Positions 27,623-37,175 of a stretch of DNA of 64,000 nucleotides are shown in pieces. The translations under genes were made by a program, and so were the position numbers. Position 1 is the stretch's first letter. The number at the start of each line of letters is the position of its first letter. The stretch comes from a virus: positions 64,001 through 128,000 of IMG/VR virus record IMGVR_UViG_3300005098_000017; one strand, written 5' to 3'. The notes under the pieces are model-generated. The model searched no databases. It had not been told where the DNA came from and worked only from the letters and a program-made list of their open reading frames with translations.

Positions 27623-30035
27623 ATTGCTTAAGCAGTTATTGCAGCGTCTTGCAGGTAGGGACTTGAATGCGGAAGCGTTATCTAGTATCACTGCTGAGCT
27701 GCCTCGTGCGGCAGTACATACGGTTAAGTATATGGATCCAAACAGAAGTATTATTTATGACGAACCGCCGCGGCCTCGCAATGCTGTTATGATCCATCCG
27801 CATTTTGATATGCACCAGTTAGCACAAATCTATGATTCTGTAGCGGGCGACCGGCCTATAATAGTTAAATTCAGAGATGATATAACTATAACAACACATG
27901 CTTTTTTATTTTCATGGATGGGTAGCCTGTTTGGTATAAGGAATGAACATCCATATGAGGTTGTTTATCCTGATGATCTGGAAACAATCGTACCTGTATC
28001 AAGTGATGGGTTTGTGTTTACAGGGACCTTTAGGCCTGTAAAAAAGCTTATCCGTCATGCTGTTGATAAGGATTTGGTTATGTTCCGTAGCACATTAGGT
28101 GAAACGGTGGTAACAAAAGATCATTCTTTAGTATTTATAGATGGAAGCACTGGCACTGTAGATGATGTTGAAAAGAAGGTGCCTGGTATTATTGCATATG
28201 TAAAGGATGTATCATTTTCTAAGGCGATAACATATAAACATTCGACGAGCACGTTTTTGGGATTCGCACGCAATAGAGTTGTTGTACATGCACCATCTCT
28301 AGCTGAATTTGTGAAATTCATGATTGTATTATTTGAGCATGGTGATTATGGTGTTTTTAATGATCAGTTAGGGTGGCGGCTTCCCGTCTGCCCATTTTTA
28401 ATAAGGTTAATTGATGATAATAATTATCAGGTTACATATGATGACGAGTATGTTTTTGTACCGAATGATAGTGCATTAGGAGAGGTTCTTTCCTACTTGT
28501 TACCATATGGGTTGGATGCATTGCCAAAGTGGTTCTTTGATGAAAAGTTTATTAATATTGCTATATCAGTCTTTTATAATGAATGGGAAGGGTATTTAAG
28601 GAGTCATATACCATTAATTGCATCGTATATATCATTTTTATTAAGGCATAAAGGTGTACAATTTGCGTTAAATTATGATGAGAACGGTTATAAATTCATG
28701 GATATACGCAATTTTGAGATTCCTATTATTTATTCGGATATACAGGTGTTGCCATATATGAGTGATGATCCATATGTTTATGATATATCAGTTGAGGGTG
28801 AGGTTTTTGTAGATCCTGTTGGATTTTTGACATTACATAATACAGAGGCCATTGTCCGCCGCGGGATTGAGGAATATGTTATTCGTATTCCATGGCATGA
28901 GGTTGAGGTTATTAGTGATAGCATAAAGGCTAAAAATCACTTATTGCGGCGGCTTCAAATTATGAGGCGCCGCTTCAACTGTGACCTATTAGGTGAATTT
29001 TCGCAGTCATTTATAAGACAATTATTATTATTTGGTAATGTTTTTATCAGAATTGTATATTCACGTGAAACCTATGAAGGCCGCAAGCTGCCACTCTATC
29101 CTGAATTGCTCTATCCACCTGATGTAGCTATAATGTATGATATAAAGAGAGATAAGATTATTGGGTATACATATGATCGTTATGTATTTAAACCTGAACG
29201 CATTATTCATGTGACCTTAGCAAAGTTTCCCGGGTATTTTTATGGAAATTCTATCCTATCTGCAACTGTGGAGGATGTTAAGGTTCTCAGGTTATTGGAA
29301 CAGCAAGCAGAGATTATGTCTGTTTTATATTCGTCACCACAGATATTTTTGAAGGTTGGTACGCCAACGATACCAGCTGGGCGGCCTCCTAATGATCTTT
29401 TAGATAGACCGATGATGATTGATGCATTAACAGAGGAGGATTTAGCGCGTGAAGGGCGCCGGCTTGAAGGTTCGGAGCCTCATTCACTAAAAATTATTCC
29501 ATATTATGATGAACCTGTGGCTATATCACCGGAGGCACCGATTGATTTGGAACCGTTCTTGAAGCATTTTAAGAATCGTGTCTATCAAGCGCTTGGGATC
29601 GATCCTGTTATATTGGGTGATCCCCAGGGGTCAAATAGAGATACATCTGTTATTGGTGAGTCAGCAACGAATAAACGCATTGAATATATAGCACGTCTTT
29701 GGCAGAGACATATTAATTTCATTATAAATGATATATTTATGAGTGAGGTGCCTTATACAGAGCCTGTTTATGTGCATTTACCGAAGATTGATACAACAGA
29801 TTACATGGCACGCATAAGATTAGGGCTGAACTTGTATCAAAATGGTATAATTACCAATGACGAAATGCGTCGTTTGTATCTTGGTTATGATCCATTAAGT
29901 GATGATGGACTTGCGAGGACCATTTTTGGTTTAACGGGGCGCTTAGTAATTAACACAAATGAAATTGAGTCTCAGTTAAGCCCCGAGAATCAATATGGGA
30001 GGCAGATGGCGCCTCCTAAGGTGAAGAGGAGGTGA
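27615..30035 (+). CDS. Portal protein, intein-containing
   Basis: QLLLFGNVFI, ERIIHV, YFYGNSIL, ALGIDPVILG, NGIITNDEMR portal motifs; position in head module. Confidence 0.9.
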   Translation: MNRLLKQLLQRLAGRDLNAEALSSITAELPRAAVHTVKYMDPNRSIIYDEPPRPRNAVMIHPHFDMHQLAQIYDSVAGDRPIIVKFRDDITITTHAFLFSWMGSLFGIRNEHPYEVVYPDDLETIVPVSSDGFVFTGTFRPVKKLIRHAVDKDLVMFRSTLGETVVTKDHSLVFIDGSTGTVDDVEKKVPGIIAYVKDVSFSKAITYKHSTSTFLGFARNRVVVHAPSLAEFVKFMIVLFEHGDYGVFNDQLGWRLPVCPFLIRLIDDNNYQVTYDDEYVFVPNDSALGEVLSYLLPYGLDALPKWFFDEKFINIAISVFYNEWEGYLRSHIPLIASYISFLLRHKGVQFALNYDENGYKFMDIRNFEIPIIYSDIQVLPYMSDDPYVYDISVEGEVFVDPVGFLTLHNTEAIVRRGIEEYVIRIPWHEVEVISDSIKAKNHLLRRLQIMRRRFNCDLLGEFSQSFIRQLLLFGNVFIRIVYSRETYEGRKLPLYPELLYPPDVAIMYDIKRDKIIGYTYDRYVFKPERIIHVTLAKFPGYFYGNSILSATVEDVKVLRLLEQQAEIMSVLYSSPQIFLKVGTPTIPAGRPPNDLLDRPMMIDALTEEDLAREGRRLEGSEPHSLKIIPYYDEPVAISPEAPIDLEPFLKHFKNRVYQALGIDPVILGDPQGSNRDTSVIGESATNKRIEYIARLWQRHINFIINDIFMSEVPYTEPVYVHLPKIDTTDYMARIRLGLNLYQNGIITNDEMRRLYLGYDPLSDDGLARTIFGLTGRLVINTNEIESQLSPENQYGRQMAPPKVKRR
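27837..28841 (+). mobile_element. Intein in portal (335 aa, Ser1 / Thr+1)
   Basis: Starts SVAGDRPII, block B VTKDHSL, block F YVYDISVEG, ends TLHN followed by Thr. Confidence 0.9.
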
Positions 30036-30036
30036 T

Positions 30037-31383
30037 ATGGCTATAAAATATAGGGATGAAGATGGTAATCTTATTATAGAGGGTGTTGAAATATCACATC
30101 CCAATGTAGTTAATGATAATTTTAGGTTCTATGTTAATGCAGCTGAAAAAATAAATACTCTTTTGGAGCCGGCTCCTGTGCCAGTGCTTTTATATCATCA
30201 GGATCATGTAGATCCGATAGGAGAGGTGAAGGATGCTAAGTTTACTGACTCGGAGTATGTTGAGGGTGCAAAAGCTATTAGTGCTACGCTTGTAATAAAG
30301 GATGAGGAGGCGGCTAAAAAGTTTGAAAAAGGTTTATATAAGAGGTTTTCTATTGGGACAAAACCGAAGAAGGTTGTCTGCAGCATATGTGGCAAGGAGC
30401 GTGGTGAATGTGAACATATAGTAGGCAAAATTTATGATGGCAAGCTTTGTTATGATAAGGTTTTCGTTGATAGGTTTCTGGAGGTATCTGTTGTTAATAT
30501 TGCAGCTGATAAATTTGCTGTATTACATGAGAAGGATGATTTGAAAGATGCCCTTTTTGACGAAATAAATTTAGAATTAGACACGGAGGAAGATATGGCA
30601 GATAAGGACAAAACGATTGATACAGATTTCGTTGAATATGCTGAGAGTATTTTAGGGGAGGATCTTAGTGAGGAGGAATTGAATGATCTTGAAACGATTA
30701 TAGCGGGGCTTGATGAATGTGATGAGTGTGGTGATGAGGATGTTGAAGATAGCGAGACAGAGGATAGGAAGCTTCCTCCTGCGGGATCAAAAGCACGTAA
30801 GAAAATGAAGACCACATTCTGCGGTCCTAATAAGACATTTCCTGTTCCTGATTGTAAACATGGTGCTGTCGCGTTGGCGATGCTTAATTGGCCGCGTGTC
30901 AAAGCAAAGTATAAAGGCCAGATTTCGAAGATACGCGCTTGCATAATGAGAGTTGGCCGCAAGCTTGGCTGCGCATATGCGAAGAAGAAAAAGGATGAGC
31001 TTCAGGCAGCTCTTGATGATCTCAAGCAGATTGTTGATTCTATGAACCAGGCGCCGGCTTCACTCGATATAGATTTCACCCCCATTAATGAGCGTTTTGA
31101 CCGTATTGAGGAAACGCTGGCTGAATTGGTGGCACTTATGAAGGATCTTATAAAAGGTATAACGGATAAGATGACAGTACCTGTGCCTGTTAAGGAATAT
31201 GCTGCTGGTGGCAAGCTTCTTGATGAGATTAAGGCGTCGCTTAGTGAAGCCGTGAAGGAAAACACTGATAAAATATTGGAGTTTTTATCCAAAGCTACAT
31301 CGGAAACCGATGATACGAAGACCGATGATGAGGTACCTAATAAGGTACTCGATGGAAGTGTGTTTGGGAAAATAAAATCGTAA
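30037..31383 (+). CDS. Prohead protease (HK97-type) with Zn-ribbon insert and C-terminal scaffold-like region
   Basis: VLLYH..PIG, FSIG, CSIC..CEH, EVSVVNIAAD; acidic and coiled C-terminus. Confidence 0.85.
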   Translation: MAIKYRDEDGNLIIEGVEISHPNVVNDNFRFYVNAAEKINTLLEPAPVPVLLYHQDHVDPIGEVKDAKFTDSEYVEGAKAISATLVIKDEEAAKKFEKGLYKRFSIGTKPKKVVCSICGKERGECEHIVGKIYDGKLCYDKVFVDRFLEVSVVNIAADKFAVLHEKDDLKDALFDEINLELDTEEDMADKDKTIDTDFVEYAESILGEDLSEEELNDLETIIAGLDECDECGDEDVEDSETEDRKLPPAGSKARKKMKTTFCGPNKTFPVPDCKHGAVALAMLNWPRVKAKYKGQISKIRACIMRVGRKLGCAYAKKKKDELQAALDDLKQIVDSMNQAPASLDIDFTPINERFDRIEETLAELVALMKDLIKGITDKMTVPVPVKEYAAGGKLLDEIKASLSEAVKENTDKILEFLSKATSETDDTKTDDEVPNKVLDGSVFGKIKS

Positions 31384-31409
31384 ACTAAGTAATATTATAG
31401 GAGGAAATT

Positions 31410-32609
31410 ATGGCAACACTTAGGCCTGAAGGTTATTACCGTAATATGGCGCTTCGTGACATTCCGTGGAAGCATAAGCGGAATGTCGTTCCTTCAATAG
31501 GTGTTATAGCGGATATAAGAGCGGTTGGTCCGTTTGCACCACATCCTGCCCTGCCAACAGCGTGGATTAATAAGGTTGATGAGAGACCATTTGTCATACC
31601 TGTTGGTAAGATTGTATGTGTGGTGCCTATAGATTATTCAACAGCGAAGACACTTGGCAGAACAGATCTTTATACAGAGATGATATATCGTTCTGGGGAG
31701 AAATCTACTTATAAATGGACGATACCTGAATCGGAGCTGGGTTCAACCACATATGCTGATCCCTATTATGGTTATGGTGGAATACTGGGATTTATGATAC
31801 CTTTTGGTAGAGGTACCGGAGGTGCTCATTATAGTCTTACGCCTGGTTATAAAATATCTGGAGAGGATGCTATGCCTTATTTTGTTGAAGGTGAATATGA
31901 CTATGAAGGTTGGGTCCCATTTGGATTTGTAATACATGATGTGGAGAGGTTTGTTGCAGGGGATGATCTCAACTATAGGACGCGCCAAGCATATCCCATA
32001 TGGAAGGAAGGGCTTCTTACTCTTCCATTCATGAATATATTGGGCCTTGTGCATGAACTGGAAGGTGATGATAATATTGAGAGAATAAATGCATGGATTA
32101 GGCATGATTTGACATCAACGGAGTCTGAGCCTACTAGTTCGAATGTGTATATGACTTATAAATATCTATCTAGATATTATACAGCTGCTGTTGGGAGTGA
32201 GTGTTCATCGGATTATGCAGGAATAACCGTATATACTGGATATGAATTTAATGTAAGGGTTATGAAATCTGGATATGTTGGTGTGACTTGTCATGGGGAT
32301 TATCTTCTTACATCAGCATTTTCGGGTACAGAAATGTGGTGTGTTGGTACGATTGTTAATGTTGATTATGAATTCCCGAAGAGCTTTATGGAGATGGTTG
32401 ACGCACCACCTGCTTCAGGAATAGGTACAGCTAATGGTGGGATACCTGAAATTGTATATCAGTACATGCATGATTTTGTGGTGATATATAATGAGCTAGC
32501 GGGAACAGATACATTGAGTTTGAAACCAGCAGATCTGATAAGTTATATAGATAAAGGTTATTTCGGTGCTGCTTATATTTTGGCTGACTTTAACCCTCTT
32601 GGTAAATAA
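31410..32609 (+). CDS. Putative head decoration / minor capsid protein
   Basis: Lies between protease and capsid; strong RBS; assignment by position. Confidence 0.55.
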   Translation: MATLRPEGYYRNMALRDIPWKHKRNVVPSIGVIADIRAVGPFAPHPALPTAWINKVDERPFVIPVGKIVCVVPIDYSTAKTLGRTDLYTEMIYRSGEKSTYKWTIPESELGSTTYADPYYGYGGILGFMIPFGRGTGGAHYSLTPGYKISGEDAMPYFVEGEYDYEGWVPFGFVIHDVERFVAGDDLNYRTRQAYPIWKEGLLTLPFMNILGLVHELEGDDNIERINAWIRHDLTSTESEPTSSNVYMTYKYLSRYYTAAVGSECSSDYAGITVYTGYEFNVRVMKSGYVGVTCHGDYLLTSAFSGTEMWCVGTIVNVDYEFPKSFMEMVDAPPASGIGTANGGIPEIVYQYMHDFVVIYNELAGTDTLSLKPADLISYIDKGYFGAAYILADFNPLGK

Positions 32610-32651
32610 GATCGTAATAATTTAAGTTTAAAATAAATTTGGAGGAGGAAA

Positions 32652-34136
32652 ATGGAAATTTTGAAGGATACACTATATGAGGCGCTTTTGCACAATGGAC
32701 GCGTTCAGGTAACTGATAAGCTCCGTGAGGAGTTTAAGTCCGAGATACCAGAGATTGCTGAGGCGAGTGAGATACGGTTTACACTTCGGGATGTACTTAC
32801 TAATAGCATGCTTGCGCCTCTCTTCCCTGAGGTTATAACGGTTATTGTTGAGGACACGATGGAGCCGCTGCTTCTTATAACCAAGCTATATGATGTTGTC
32901 AGGGGTATACCCAATGCTCTTACAGTAAGAATCCTGCTGCCGACACCGATGCCTGTAGTTAAGCTTTCACCTAATGCTCCCACACCGAATCTTGGAAATC
33001 CATCGCTTCATGAGATAGGTGGTACCGTATCCATAACTGCGGAGAAATGGGGTGTTATATGGAGTGTTGATGAGCATGTTATTAAGAACAACCAGTGGGA
33101 TATCCTTAAGATGTCTCTTAGGAATGCTGCTCGAGCGCTTGCTAGACATAAGGAGAAGCAGGCCTATGAGCACATAAGGCATGGTGGGATAATACTATTC
33201 TCGAACTGGAGAAAGAATCATGCTGTTTTCAAGAACTTCCTCAGGGGGCGTGATATAAAGTTAAGGCAGAACGGTAGCCTTTCACCGAGAGACTTTTTCC
33301 AGGGTTATGCGTACTTCCTGCAGAATGAATTTATCCCTGATGTTGTTATTATGAACTCATGGTCGTGGCTTGTATTTCTGTACTCACCTCTTACCAGAGA
33401 GATTGTTATGAATGGTAATACCATTGCGCCTGACTTTACCAACTTTAACATGAGAGTCCGCAGCAGATGGCGTGAGGTATGGAACTCTCTTGGTAAGAAG
33501 GGTATTCTTGGTGGCAACAGCCCTGATGATATATTTGGTAAGATAGGTCTGAGCATTTTTGAGCCGACGAATGCTCCTTGGAGCTGGAATCCGCTTGGTG
33601 TTGAGGTTTATCATAAGCCTTCTTGGATGCCGGCTGGTATAACATTCCTTATTTCACCATATGCTGATTGGTCGGCCAATGCAACTGATTACATGAATAA
33701 ATACTTTAGTGGTTGGGACTTTACAGGTGCTCAGTCTTGGGCAGATACGGCAACCCCGAAGGACCCGCTTAATATATTTGCGCACAACGACGCCGCGAAT
33801 AAGAATGATCCTACGAAGACGACAGGTTTCAAAGAAGATGGTACTGTGGCAACATCACCTAGTGATGCACGTACTTATGCAGATCCGACGCTTAATCTAA
33901 CCGATATAATCATGGTTGATAGTTCAGAGGTCGGAATTCTTTATCAGTATTCAGATCCGACGACTACTAAGTGGTCTGATGCAATGCTGGATATACAGAA
34001 TAATAAGATTGCTGAGGAATACGGTTTCGCTGTTAAGTGGGGTGGACGTGCAATTGGTATCTTTGAGGCTGTTGTCATTGATGAGCAGTATACCGCTGAG
34101 CTTGTAGCACAGAATGAGATAGCAAAACCGCTCTAA
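32652..34136 (+). CDS. Major capsid protein (HK97 fold)
   Basis: LFPEVI...EP, KWGV...WDIL...AARALARHKE, PDVVIMN, EEYGFAV; position; strong RBS. Confidence 0.85.
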   Translation: MEILKDTLYEALLHNGRVQVTDKLREEFKSEIPEIAEASEIRFTLRDVLTNSMLAPLFPEVITVIVEDTMEPLLLITKLYDVVRGIPNALTVRILLPTPMPVVKLSPNAPTPNLGNPSLHEIGGTVSITAEKWGVIWSVDEHVIKNNQWDILKMSLRNAARALARHKEKQAYEHIRHGGIILFSNWRKNHAVFKNFLRGRDIKLRQNGSLSPRDFFQGYAYFLQNEFIPDVVIMNSWSWLVFLYSPLTREIVMNGNTIAPDFTNFNMRVRSRWREVWNSLGKKGILGGNSPDDIFGKIGLSIFEPTNAPWSWNPLGVEVYHKPSWMPAGITFLISPYADWSANATDYMNKYFSGWDFTGAQSWADTATPKDPLNIFAHNDAANKNDPTKTTGFKEDGTVATSPSDARTYADPTLNLTDIIMVDSSEVGILYQYSDPTTTKWSDAMLDIQNNKIAEEYGFAVKWGGRAIGIFEAVVIDEQYTAELVAQNEIAKPL

Positions 34137-34144
34137 TATAGATT

Positions 34145-34202
34145 AGGCCCGGTCTTCTAGCTCGTTAGACATTGTGATTCTTGTGGCTAGAAGGCCGGGC
34201 TT
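34145..34202 (+). terminator. Long stem-loop after the capsid gene (terminator, processing or stabiliser element)
   Basis: AGGCCCGGTCTTCTAGC-24 nt-GCTAGAAGGCCGGGCTT, about 17-bp stem with G:U pairs, no long U tract. Confidence 0.55.
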
Positions 34203-34219
34203 CCTATAGGAGGACTATT

Positions 34220-34723
34220 GTGTATTGGGTAAAGCTATCAGGGCGCGCACCTGTAGCTACGATAACTTGTGGGCATCGTGTTGCACAGGTATCAGTCCGG
34301 TGCCCTATTTTTCCTCTTAAGGATTTTACGCCTCATTGTATAGCTCAGTTTCAAAGACATGTTGATGTATATATCATAGAGGAGAATTTTCCTATTGATG
34401 AGGACCGGAAGGTAGAAATTTTCTCTACGCTTATGGATGGTGATATTGATATCGAACCTTCTGAGGAGGAATTCGTTATGTGGTTAATCTCCAATGGGTT
34501 CCAGCCTAAGGGTACCTATCATAAGGTTGTAGTGAAGGAAACGGAGTCAGAAGAGGAAAATATTGTGTCTCCTGAAGTAAGTGAAGAGGATGGTAAGGTT
34601 GATGATGTTTCTGTACAGGAGTCTGATACAGTTAATGAGGTAACTAGTGATGAAAAACCTAAATCGGTAGGGAAGAAGAAAGGTGCGCGTCGAGGTAGAA
34701 CAAACAAGCGTAAACGTAAATGA
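34220..34723 (+). CDS. Hypothetical head-associated protein with acidic/basic tail
   Basis: GTG at 34220 after AGGAGG, in frame with track ORF 34181..34723. Confidence 0.65.
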   Translation: MYWVKLSGRAPVATITCGHRVAQVSVRCPIFPLKDFTPHCIAQFQRHVDVYIIEENFPIDEDRKVEIFSTLMDGDIDIEPSEEEFVMWLISNGFQPKGTYHKVVVKETESEEENIVSPEVSEEDGKVDDVSVQESDTVNEVTSDEKPKSVGKKKGARRGRTNKRKRK

Positions 34724-35933
34724 TACGATTATAATTTCATGTGATCAGACACCTGATAGTAGTACTGTAGATGAAACGACCATCCGTCTTTATTATAAAG
34801 ATTATCCCCTGCCGCCTTCCTATGATTGCAGGGTCAATGGAAATAATATTGAGGTAATACCAGTTGAACCGTGGTTGGCTGGTTATACAATAATTTTAAC
34901 AGTAGTTGGTGAACAGTATGGTGTTAAATCTGTTGAAGGGGAGTCACTTGAGGAACCGGTTTATACATTTACAATAGCTGTATTACCTGCAGAGGAACCC
35001 GGCACGGCGCCTTCATATGAGCATGCATTAATTGTAACGGCGACAATACCAGAGGATTATTATACAAATTATACGGATAATCATATTAAATTTTTCTTCA
35101 ATGTTCCTATTGATCCGAGTATTGAGGATGCATATGAGGAACATGTTTTTATACATGTTAAGCCCGTAATAGTCCTGCCTCCTAATAGTCATCTGCCGGT
35201 GCCGCCTCAAGGCTATCTTGCGCCCGAGGCTTATTCTGTTGATGTTGATGGTACTACAATGACTGTAACAATAGGTGTGCCTATCTATAATGCAGAAATA
35301 AATGTCAAGATTGTTGATATCCATGCATTGAATATAAGTTATGTTCCTATATCAAGTTATGAAATAGTATTTACATATAGATATTCACCTCTTCTTTATA
35401 CACCTGATTATTTTGAGGTTGATCTACCAGATGATGTTATCTATCGGTACATTTTAAGGGCGGAGGCAATAGCTGACACACTTTATCCGGGTGTTCTTGA
35501 TTGGAATGACCCTGAGTGGTGTGTTGTTATGTTTGTTTATTATATGACGCAGCGGCTTATTTTAGAGCGTCTTTATGGCATATTAGCAATAATGGGTGGT
35601 TCATTTAGCAAGAGATTGGGCGATTTGCAGATATCGTATAACATTAGGCCTGATAATGATTTGAATAAGTTGCTAGGTCCTCTTTCTGCATTGGTGCGTA
35701 ATAGGTGTGCTAAGGTAGCTTTACATGGTGTCATACCGGGCCGTCTTGTCTATCCAATACCATATCACCGTCCTGATGTAGCATGGCGCCGCTTCCCTAT
35801 ATTAAAGGATTATTTTATTGAGGAGCCTACGGTATTTATGGGTGATCGGGCATGGGATTATGGTGTGTTTTTCAGGAAGCATATGGATCAATTGGAGACA
35901 GGTAGAGAGGTGCTTGGTGAAGAGAATGTATGA
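34683..35933 (+). CDS. Ig-like domain(s) plus putative head-tail adaptor
   Basis: N-terminal Ig-like beta pattern; C-terminal SKRLGDLQISY typical of adaptors. Confidence 0.6.
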   Translation: MRVEVEQTSVNVNDTIIISCDQTPDSSTVDETTIRLYYKDYPLPPSYDCRVNGNNIEVIPVEPWLAGYTIILTVVGEQYGVKSVEGESLEEPVYTFTIAVLPAEEPGTAPSYEHALIVTATIPEDYYTNYTDNHIKFFFNVPIDPSIEDAYEEHVFIHVKPVIVLPPNSHLPVPPQGYLAPEAYSVDVDGTTMTVTIGVPIYNAEINVKIVDIHALNISYVPISSYEIVFTYRYSPLLYTPDYFEVDLPDDVIYRYILRAEAIADTLYPGVLDWNDPEWCVVMFVYYMTQRLILERLYGILAIMGGSFSKRLGDLQISYNIRPDNDLNKLLGPLSALVRNRCAKVALHGVIPGRLVYPIPYHRPDVAWRRFPILKDYFIEEPTVFMGDRAWDYGVFFRKHMDQLETGREVLGEENV

Positions 35934-36465
35934 GAAAACTACCTTTACTGATCCGATAAATCTGCGTGTTGAGATGGATTTTTTTATGGATGGTGGAGGT
36001 GGTATAGGCCCCAAGGGACATTATGTTATTTTACGGCATTATTTAGTTGATCAGAAGTCTGATTATTACTCGCACATAACAGGAGAAGGGCATGGCGGGC
36101 CGGCTTACAAATTTGAGGAAGCTTGTATAAAGACACGGCGAGTGCCATTTAGATCGATGCAACAGGAAGCTGACATGACTCAGATTGGTGAGGTACAGAA
36201 TTATGATTATATTTACTATTTTAGATACGATGATGTGCCGTTTGATTTACTTCCGGGTGATCATATTTATGAATTACAACCTCCTTATGATTTAGATGGT
36301 AGTGCGGATGACGAGGAATTACTCAGAGTTCCGCGTTATGCGCGTTATCGTATAGGATTTGTGCATCATTATAGAGAGCGTTCAGGGCGTGTTGAATATG
36401 TTGCGGCATTAGTAACTTATGACAGTATAGGTGGTGAAGCCCCGCTTATGAAACAAAATGGCTAA
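35926..36465 (+). CDS. Putative head-closure/neck protein
   Basis: Position; probable start ATG 35926; YYF..D...PGDHIYEL, RERSGRVEY. Confidence 0.55.
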   Translation: MYEKTTFTDPINLRVEMDFFMDGGGGIGPKGHYVILRHYLVDQKSDYYSHITGEGHGGPAYKFEEACIKTRRVPFRSMQQEADMTQIGEVQNYDYIYYFRYDDVPFDLLPGDHIYELQPPYDLDGSADDEELLRVPRYARYRIGFVHHYRERSGRVEYVAALVTYDSIGGEAPLMKQNG

Positions 36466-37156
36466 TAGTAATAGTACAGCACAATTTGTAGATCTTATTT
36501 TTGATCCGCGGTTTCTTGATGCGTTAAAGTCTAATGTTATACCGAGGCCGATAAGATATGGCGAGATCTTATCCTTGTCGCAGTTATTTGGTGTTATAAA
36601 GCAGGTTATTGAGCATCTGAGGCCGCAGTGCAAAGTTTATCCGGCATATGGAAAGCATTTTTTGTATGCTTATGGTCTTGTTGATGATGAGCCTGAGGCG
36701 GGCTTCAAAATTCCAGATGAGATTATCGGTTATGTACTATATAGTGCGGAGCCTGCGACGATGGGTGGTTCACAACCTGGTTCAAGTCCACAGGTGCGGC
36801 GGCCTCGTCCGGTACATAATGCTTTAACCGTAGATGTGGATTATGCTGCGCAGTTATATTACTATGCACTTGATGCGTACATTGATTTTTTCTTTTTTGC
36901 AAAGGATACACAGAGCATATATGAGTTGATGGATTGGTTTCAGGAGTTGATGTTTTCGACGCTGTCGCCTTTGTTAAAATATTTGGGTGTAGAGCAGGTT
37001 CATTTTGATTCGGCGGGCTTCGATGAATACATGCGTTCTGTTCGACCAGAGATTGTAATTCCGATAATGAGGTATTATTTTAGGATACAGCGTCTGTATG
37101 TTTCGTATCAGAAGATTATCAAAGCAATTTTGTTTAGTCTTATAGAGGAACAATAA
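36458..37156 (+). CDS. Putative tail terminator/completion protein
   Basis: Immediately upstream of the sheath gene; assignment by position. Confidence 0.5.
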   Translation: MANSNSTAQFVDLIFDPRFLDALKSNVIPRPIRYGEILSLSQLFGVIKQVIEHLRPQCKVYPAYGKHFLYAYGLVDDEPEAGFKIPDEIIGYVLYSAEPATMGGSQPGSSPQVRRPRPVHNALTVDVDYAAQLYYYALDAYIDFFFFAKDTQSIYELMDWFQELMFSTLSPLLKYLGVEQVHFDSAGFDEYMRSVRPEIVIPIMRYYFRIQRLYVSYQKIIKAILFSLIEEQ

Positions 37157-37175
37157 AACATAGGAGTGGGGAAAA

